From a virus (Duplodnaviria > Caudoviricetes), in IMG/VR virus record IMGVR_UViG_3300045243_000060, positions 1 through 61,888 of that record: a stretch of DNA of 61,888 nucleotides; one strand, written 5' to 3'. The notes below the pieces were generated by a model, which made no database searches, was not told the DNA's origin, and worked only from the letters and a program-made list of their open reading frames with translations. This document shows positions 57,140 through 61,888 of this stretch, piece by piece. The position numbers and the translations under genes are program-made. Each line of letters opens with the position of its first letter. The first letter of the stretch is position 1.

Positions 57140-57754
57140 ATGCCCAAGGGTAAGCATCAGCACGACGGCGCTGACGGTCCGCAACAGCGGTACAAATGGG
57201 GCGGCTACGGGTCCGTCTGGCGGTGGGCGCTAGGCCACGGCATCCACCGATGGATCAAGGCTCGCAACTGGGCGCGCCGTCGAGCGAAGCAGGCGAAGAA
57301 TCCCGCCGGGTTCAAGAAGGCGGACGAGGCGTACACCAAGCGCATCAAGTGGATTCGCGAACACAACGACCCCAAGCCTCCGCATTCGGACGGCAGCCTC
57401 ATCGTGACGGTCGATGGCAAGCCGGTCGCCGGTTGGATCGGTCGCGCTGCGCTCGCGGCTCGCGCCGCTGGCGCTTGGAGTGGCGTGATGCTGTCCGGGT
57501 TCCGGTCGCCGGAATACAGCGAGCAGCTTTGCTACGGCATCTGCGGCCAGCCCTCTTGCCCTGGGCTGTGTGCAGGCCGTGCGAGCAATCACAGTTGCCC
57601 GCCGACGGCGACCTGTAAGCCCTATGAGGGCGCTGGCGACTTCACCGACGCGGCGAGGCTCTGCGCCTGGTGTCGAGCGCACGGCATCCCGCTCCACGGC
57701 GGAGGCGAGTTCCTGCCCAACGACGTCAATCACTGTAGCTACAGTGGGAGGTAG
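57140..57754 (+). CDS. Endolysin, peptidase M15-like
   Basis: SGFRS..Q, ASNH...GAGD...D.NH zinc-peptidase motifs; after the tail genes. Confidence 0.65.
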   Translation: MPKGKHQHDGADGPQQRYKWGGYGSVWRWALGHGIHRWIKARNWARRRAKQAKNPAGFKKADEAYTKRIKWIREHNDPKPPHSDGSLIVTVDGKPVAGWIGRAALAARAAGAWSGVMLSGFRSPEYSEQLCYGICGQPSCPGLCAGRASNHSCPPTATCKPYEGAGDFTDAARLCAWCRAHGIPLHGGGEFLPNDVNHCSYSGR

Positions 57755-57758
57755 ATAG

Positions 57759-57830
57759 ATGCTCATCACCATACTGCTCATCATCGTTCTCGTGCTGTTG
57801 GTCGTCTACCTCTGGCAGCGTGTCCGATGA
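57759..57830 (+). CDS. 23-aa single-TM micro-protein
   Basis: RBS ggaggt; MLITILLIIVLVLLVVYLWQRVR; ATGA coupling. Confidence 0.5.
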   Translation: MLITILLIIVLVLLVVYLWQRVR

Positions 57831-58303
57831 GCGAGTCCCGCAATCATTACCTACACGATCTCAACGACGCGCTCGGCGTACCGCTGTCGCGCCGCAAGAC
57901 TGTCGCTCGCGCGGAGATGGCCTGGTGGCAAAGCGAGGGCGGAGCGACTAGCTCGGAGGACTTGCACGGCGCGATCCCTCCGGGCCATGAGACGGACTGG
58001 AACGCGTTCAACACGACAAAGGTCTGGGGCGCTTCTCACAGCCAACCCGGCAACTCGGTCCCGGTCCAGGTCTACGCGAACCGGGCGGACGGCATCGCCG
58101 CGACGGTGTCCACGCTGCGCGAACCGCGCTACGCCGATCTGATGAAGGCGATCATGACACCGGGCGTCCACGCCAAGACGATCTGTAAGCGCATCGTCGA
58201 GTCCGACTGGGGGACGGTCGAGCATCCGATGTACGACGTGCTGGACGACATCGTCAAGCGCGGGCTGTACGACAGCTACAACCTCCGGGTCTACCCGTCA
58301 TGA
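57827..58303 (+). CDS. Lysozyme-like cell-wall hydrolase
   Basis: AWWQSEGG...WNAFNTT...VQVY....DGIAAT..TL...Y...W pattern. Confidence 0.55.
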   Translation: MSESRNHYLHDLNDALGVPLSRRKTVARAEMAWWQSEGGATSSEDLHGAIPPGHETDWNAFNTTKVWGASHSQPGNSVPVQVYANRADGIAATVSTLREPRYADLMKAIMTPGVHAKTICKRIVESDWGTVEHPMYDVLDDIVKRGLYDSYNLRVYPS

Positions 58304-58746
58304 AGAAGGTACGACGCAACCGGCAGATAGTCGTCCACCGACCGGGCCAGGTGCTGACGCTTTGGTCGCGCCGTCCGCTCGGTCCGTGGACGCGCGTCAA
58401 GAACTACAACATCAGTACCGGAGTCGCCGGTCTCGAGACGCCAGCGGGTCGCTATGAGATCATCAACGGGTCGCGCTGTCCGGAGTACCAGTACCCGGAC
58501 TCGGACTGGGTACCCCCGGAGCTTCGCGGAGTCCGGTTCCCTTGCGGCGCGAAGGACAACCCCATCGTGGACCGATGGCTCGGACTCGGCGGTGACGAGG
58601 ACATCGCCAACATCGGCATCCACGGCACCCGGACCGTCGAGTTGATCGGCGAGCAGGCCAGTCACGGCTGCATCCGGATGAAGGGCGAGGCGGTCTGCGA
58701 CCTGTACGACCGGGTGGGCCTTCAAACAACCGTACTAATCGTCTAG
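58300..58746 (+). CDS. L,D-transpeptidase catalytic domain (YkuD)
   Basis: ETPAG, NP...RWLGL, IGIHGT...SHGCIRM, LYD.V. Confidence 0.9.
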   Translation: MKKVRRNRQIVVHRPGQVLTLWSRRPLGPWTRVKNYNISTGVAGLETPAGRYEIINGSRCPEYQYPDSDWVPPELRGVRFPCGAKDNPIVDRWLGLGGDEDIANIGIHGTRTVELIGEQASHGCIRMKGEAVCDLYDRVGLQTTVLIV

Positions 58747-58761
58747 GGGAAGGAGGTTCAA

Positions 58762-58941
58762 TTGGACGTCATCACGGAGCATCTCACGACGATCCTGACG
58801 TTGGTGCTGGCAGTCGGCGCGATCATCGCGCTGGCGAATCACAGCATCGACTTCACTCAGTTCGCGATCTCGCTCGGCGCGGGCAGCGGCGGGCTCGGCG
58901 CGCTCGGCGTCGCACGCTCGCTGCACCAGAACGGGCGCTAG
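58762..58941 (+). CDS. Holin-like two-TM protein
   Basis: RBS aaggagg; 59 aa with two hydrophobic segments; in the lysis block. Confidence 0.55.
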   Translation: MDVITEHLTTILTLVLAVGAIIALANHSIDFTQFAISLGAGSGGLGALGVARSLHQNGR

Positions 58942-58950
58942 TACCAGGAC

Positions 58951-58969
58951 GCGTTCTAAGCGCGTCTAA
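58951..58969 (+). promoter_or_regulatory. TCTAA-GCGYG-TCTAA operator-like motif (copy 3)
   Basis: gcgttctaagcgcgtctaa, immediately before hairpin 58971-59018. Confidence 0.45.
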
Positions 58970-59176
58970 CGGCCGCCGATCCTCCCGCATACGGTCTACT
59001 GCGGGTGGGTCGGCGGTCCTCTATTCGGGGGCGACGGCGCCCCTAGCGGCTAGACTTTCGTGGTGACCGTAGTAAGCGACCGGAGGTAACTCCCAGAGCC
59101 GAATCGTGCAGCCCTGAGCATCCGTACCGGACCGGCTGCGCGCGATCAATCCAACGAGAGAAAGGACAGGCCACCC

Positions 59177-59686
59177 GTGAGGATGACCCGCCCAGTTCTC
59201 GCTGCACTCGCGTTGTTCGCGGGCGCGGCGTTCATAGTGCCAAGCAGCGCGACCGCCGTTCCGATCCATCAGCACATCACCATCAATACGCCGGTCGGAC
59301 CGGACATCACGGTGACACGCGTCGTCAACGTCGCTCCAAAGGACAGCGACGACGACGGGTGCGCGGACTCGGATGACGACTACAACGGACCCGGTTGCCA
59401 TCCGCCGCCACCGCCACCGCTACCGGCGGCATTGCCGACGACGGCACCGGCGTCGAGTACCGAGTCAACAGCGACCGGCGGCTACACGATCCCCGACTAC
59501 ATCGTTCAATGCGAGTCGGGCGGCGACTACAACGCGCAGAACGCGTCCGGCGCGTATGGCGCGTACCAGATCATGCCGGACACCGCCAGCAACTATGGCT
59601 GTGACCTGTCGTCGCCAGCCGGACAGGACGCATGCGCTGCCGACATCTACGCCGACGTGGGCACGTCCGCGTGGGACTGCGGATGA
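59177..59686 (+). CDS. Secreted Rpf-like lytic transglycosylase
   Basis: Signal peptide, Pro/Thr linker, IVQCESGG...GAYGAYQIM..T...QD..A......W.CG. Confidence 0.8.
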   Translation: MRMTRPVLAALALFAGAAFIVPSSATAVPIHQHITINTPVGPDITVTRVVNVAPKDSDDDGCADSDDDYNGPGCHPPPPPPLPAALPTTAPASSTESTATGGYTIPDYIVQCESGGDYNAQNASGAYGAYQIMPDTASNYGCDLSSPAGQDACAADIYADVGTSAWDCG

Positions 59687-59846
59687 GCTAAGCTCCGCGT
59701 GCCTCGGACGCTCAGCCGGTAGTCATGACACCGGCTCTGGGGTTGGATTCCCCGGCGAGGTTGCCGAGTTGATCCGGCCGGACCTGTCGATGGAGACGAT
59801 GGTCCGGCCGGGTCGCTCATCCACCGGCTACTACCAGGAGGGGCAC

Positions 59847-60047
59847 ATGCGCAACATCGAGGCGAAGGTCAAGCGGACGGAACGCGGCGACGGTATCACT
59901 TGCGGGTACGACGACTGCGGCTCCAAGTTCATCGTCAACCTCAAGCGGCTGCGCGCGATGCAGCGCGACCCGGATGAGCCAGCGGCGTACCTGAACGGCG
60001 TCTGCTGCCCGTACTGCGCTCGCGTCAATCAGCTACCGGACTCGTGA
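59847..60047 (+). CDS. Small zinc-ribbon protein
   Basis: CGYDDC...CPYC; RBS ggagg. Confidence 0.55.
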   Translation: MRNIEAKVKRTERGDGITCGYDDCGSKFIVNLKRLRAMQRDPDEPAAYLNGVCCPYCARVNQLPDS

Positions 60048-60201
60048 TCACCCGCTGGCGAATCGGGCTAGACGATGAGCCTGACGTCGTCATCGAGAAC
60101 GAGGCAGCGGACTGGGCGACGCTGGACGCGCTCGCGTTCGACTTTGTCTATTGGCCGTGGCGTCTACCGCTACCACCGGAGGCTTGGCAAGCCTGACTAG
60201 C

Positions 60202-60262
60202 GTTCCGCCGCTGGATGCCCTATAGTTCTTGGTGTTGAGCACTACTATCAAGAAGGAGTCGG
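60202..60262 (+). promoter_or_regulatory. Conserved phage promoter-like element plus leader
   Basis: ccgctggatgccctatagttc...atcaagaaggagtcgga mirrors 587-653. Confidence 0.6.
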
Positions 60263-60263
60263 A

Positions 60264-60929
60264 ATGAGCCTCTCACCCACCACCAACGACCGCCCCGCCA
60301 GCGACAAGCAGGTCAGCTACATCCGCGACCTGTTTGACAAGGCGGACCTGTTCGCGGACTCGGAGTTCTTTGACCGGGTCAACGCGATGGACGCGACCGA
60401 GTACGCCGCCTACATCGAGCACCTCAAGGATCAGGTCGGCGACCCGGACGACATCAGCAAGCCCCGCATCGGACGCGCTCGCGCCAGCCAGATCATCGAG
60501 CGGCTCAAGGCGCTGCCGCGTAAGCGCGAGGCGCAGTCGTTCCGGAAGGGCAACCGCGACGAGGACATCGTCAACTGGCGAGTCGGCATGTACGTCCACG
60601 AGGGTCCGGACGGACTCGGTGACGTGTTCCGCGTCTACCTCGGACAGCAGAGCGGCAAGAACCTCGTCAAGCAGCTAGTCGATACCGGCCAGCCGCACCC
60701 GGAGGACGACCGCATCACCCTCCACGACTGGCAGTACGTCGGCGCGGCAGCGGGCTACAAGGGTCAGCGGGCGCTACGTGGCGCGAGGCTGATGACGCTG
60801 GCGGAGGCGAAGGAGTACGGGCGCATGACCGGCTCATGCTGCCGCTGCGGGCGGAGGCTGGACGTTCCGGAGTCCGTCGAGGCGGGTATCGGCCCGGTCT
60901 GCGCCGGCAAGGTCGAGGAGTGGGCATGA
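60264..60929 (+). CDS. DUF6011-domain protein
   Basis: ASDKQ..YI..L N-terminus; C-terminal CCRCGRRL...S...GIGPVC. Confidence 0.7.
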   Translation: MSLSPTTNDRPASDKQVSYIRDLFDKADLFADSEFFDRVNAMDATEYAAYIEHLKDQVGDPDDISKPRIGRARASQIIERLKALPRKREAQSFRKGNRDEDIVNWRVGMYVHEGPDGLGDVFRVYLGQQSGKNLVKQLVDTGQPHPEDDRITLHDWQYVGAAAGYKGQRALRGARLMTLAEAKEYGRMTGSCCRCGRRLDVPESVEAGIGPVCAGKVEEWA

Positions 60930-61093
60930 ACACCTACCGGCGACGTACCTTCAACCGGATGGTCTGCCAGCTTCGCGCCGGCACGCGACCAAGCAAGATC
61001 GTCGGCGACCGCGACATCCTCCAGTACGCGATGGAGTACGTGGAGGGCGAGCGGTACGCGGCGGAGCGGCGCAAGGCGAAGGAGGCATCATGA
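60926..61093 (+). CDS. Hypothetical protein
   Basis: ATGA coupling on both sides. Confidence 0.45.
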   Translation: MNTYRRRTFNRMVCQLRAGTRPSKIVGDRDILQYAMEYVEGERYAAERRKAKEAS

Positions 61094-61494
61094 CGCTGAC
61101 GCCGGAACAACGAGCGGCCATCTACCACGACAACATCAAGAAGGCGGACTGCGGCGTGATCGCGCTCCAGTCCGTCACCGGGCTGACGTACGCGGAGGCG
61201 GACGAGCTTCTCACAGCCCATGGCTACAAGGGCGGAGCGGCGGCGATGGAAGGCACGCCGCGAGGCACCATTGAGAAGTCGCTGCGCTCCATCGGCTACG
61301 GCGTCCAGACGGTCGCTGTCGAGGAAGGGTCCACGCCGAGCATCTTCTGGATGGAGCGGCATCCGGGCCGGTTCCTACTCTACACGCCGGGTCACGTCAG
61401 CACCATTGTGGACGGACGACCTTACAACGCAGGTATCGGCGGTAGCCCTCTCGAGAGCGTCGTCAAAATAACCCCACCCAAGGAGGACGACTAG
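61090..61494 (+). CDS. Hypothetical protein with papain-like Cys/His motifs
   Basis: DCGVIAL...TGLTY...GHVSTIVDG. Confidence 0.5.
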   Translation: MTLTPEQRAAIYHDNIKKADCGVIALQSVTGLTYAEADELLTAHGYKGGAAAMEGTPRGTIEKSLRSIGYGVQTVAVEEGSTPSIFWMERHPGRFLLYTPGHVSTIVDGRPYNAGIGGSPLESVVKITPPKEDD

Positions 61495-61495
61495 C

Positions 61496-61783
61496 ATGAG
61501 CTACAAGATCGGTAGCAGCGAGTTGGAGGCGGTCTGCGGTCCGCCACCCGGACCGGCAGCGACCAAGAAGGAGCGCGAGCGGTACCTGGAGGACCTGACG
61601 CTCGCGCGACTCGCGCGCATCCCGGAGTCCGTCTACCGGACCCTCAAGGACAACGGCGTCTGGATCAGTGACACGCCGGTCGAGGACACGCCGGTGTCCA
61701 CGCTGGCGCTCAAGCGCAAGCGGAGCGACGCGAGCAAGCGCGCCAAGGCGCGGCAAAAGGCCAAGGCGGAGGCGGCGTCCTAA
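61496..61783 (+). CDS. Hypothetical protein
   Basis: RBS aaggagg. Confidence 0.55.
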   Translation: MSYKIGSSELEAVCGPPPGPAATKKERERYLEDLTLARLARIPESVYRTLKDNGVWISDTPVEDTPVSTLALKRKRSDASKRAKARQKAKAEAAS

Positions 61784-61888
61784 TGGGCGCCGTCACCGTC
61801 AGCTTCACCGTCGAGGACAAGCTCACGCGCGAGCGGCGAGCGATCATCCACGACACCGTGGACGCGATCAAGGGCGCACCGTTCGCGT
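61783..61888 (+). CDS. Partial CDS, probable N-terminus of the SLOG-like gene at 1..396
   Basis: TAATG-coupled start, open to the window end. Confidence 0.45.
   Translation, partial: MGAVTVSFTVEDKLTRERRAIIHDTVDAIKGAPFA

Noticed and set aside
2728-57746. GTAGCTAC-centred palindromes at 2728, 10377 and 57731
   Set aside because: Flanks differ, one copy is coding and one is part of a larger hairpin; too few to call an operator
59020-59176. c-di-AMP (ydaO) riboswitch upstream of the Rpf-like gene
   Set aside because: Only gccgaatc resembles the motif; the conserved downstream elements are not present

Overview
The window looks like a near-complete, GC-rich tailed (siphovirus-type) phage genome with essentially every credible gene on the + strand. 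The last ORF appears to continue into the first, so it is probably circularly permuted with a small gap. Order: SNF2 helicase, PD-(D/E)XK nuclease, AAA ATPase, SSB and primase; nucleotide metabolism/modification genes (FAD oxidoreductase, HAD phosphatase, Nmad1-like, two MazG-like, DnaE, atypical ThyX); RepA-like helicase and RuvC-like resolvase; small accessory genes; HNH, terminases, portal, MuF-like protein, scaffold and capsid; a glycosyltransferase/deacetylase/methyltransferase cassette inside the head-tail genes; tail module; and a lysis/cell-wall block with an M15-like peptidase, a lysozyme-like enzyme, an L,D-transpeptidase, a holin and a secreted Rpf-like protein. I recognised no integrase, repressor, tRNA or CRISPR. 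An actinobacterial host, possibly Thermoleophilia, is inferred. The most striking unexplained signal is the octamer GGCTGTGA/TCACAGCC, which I counted by eye 35 times across the genome on both strands, mostly inside genes. Other top leads are a candidate base-modification pathway, a virion glycosylation cassette, a minor tail gene split by an inserted module that is paralogous to a gene between the terminase subunits, and the LDT/Rpf cell-wall kit. All calls come from motif reading only; no searches were run.
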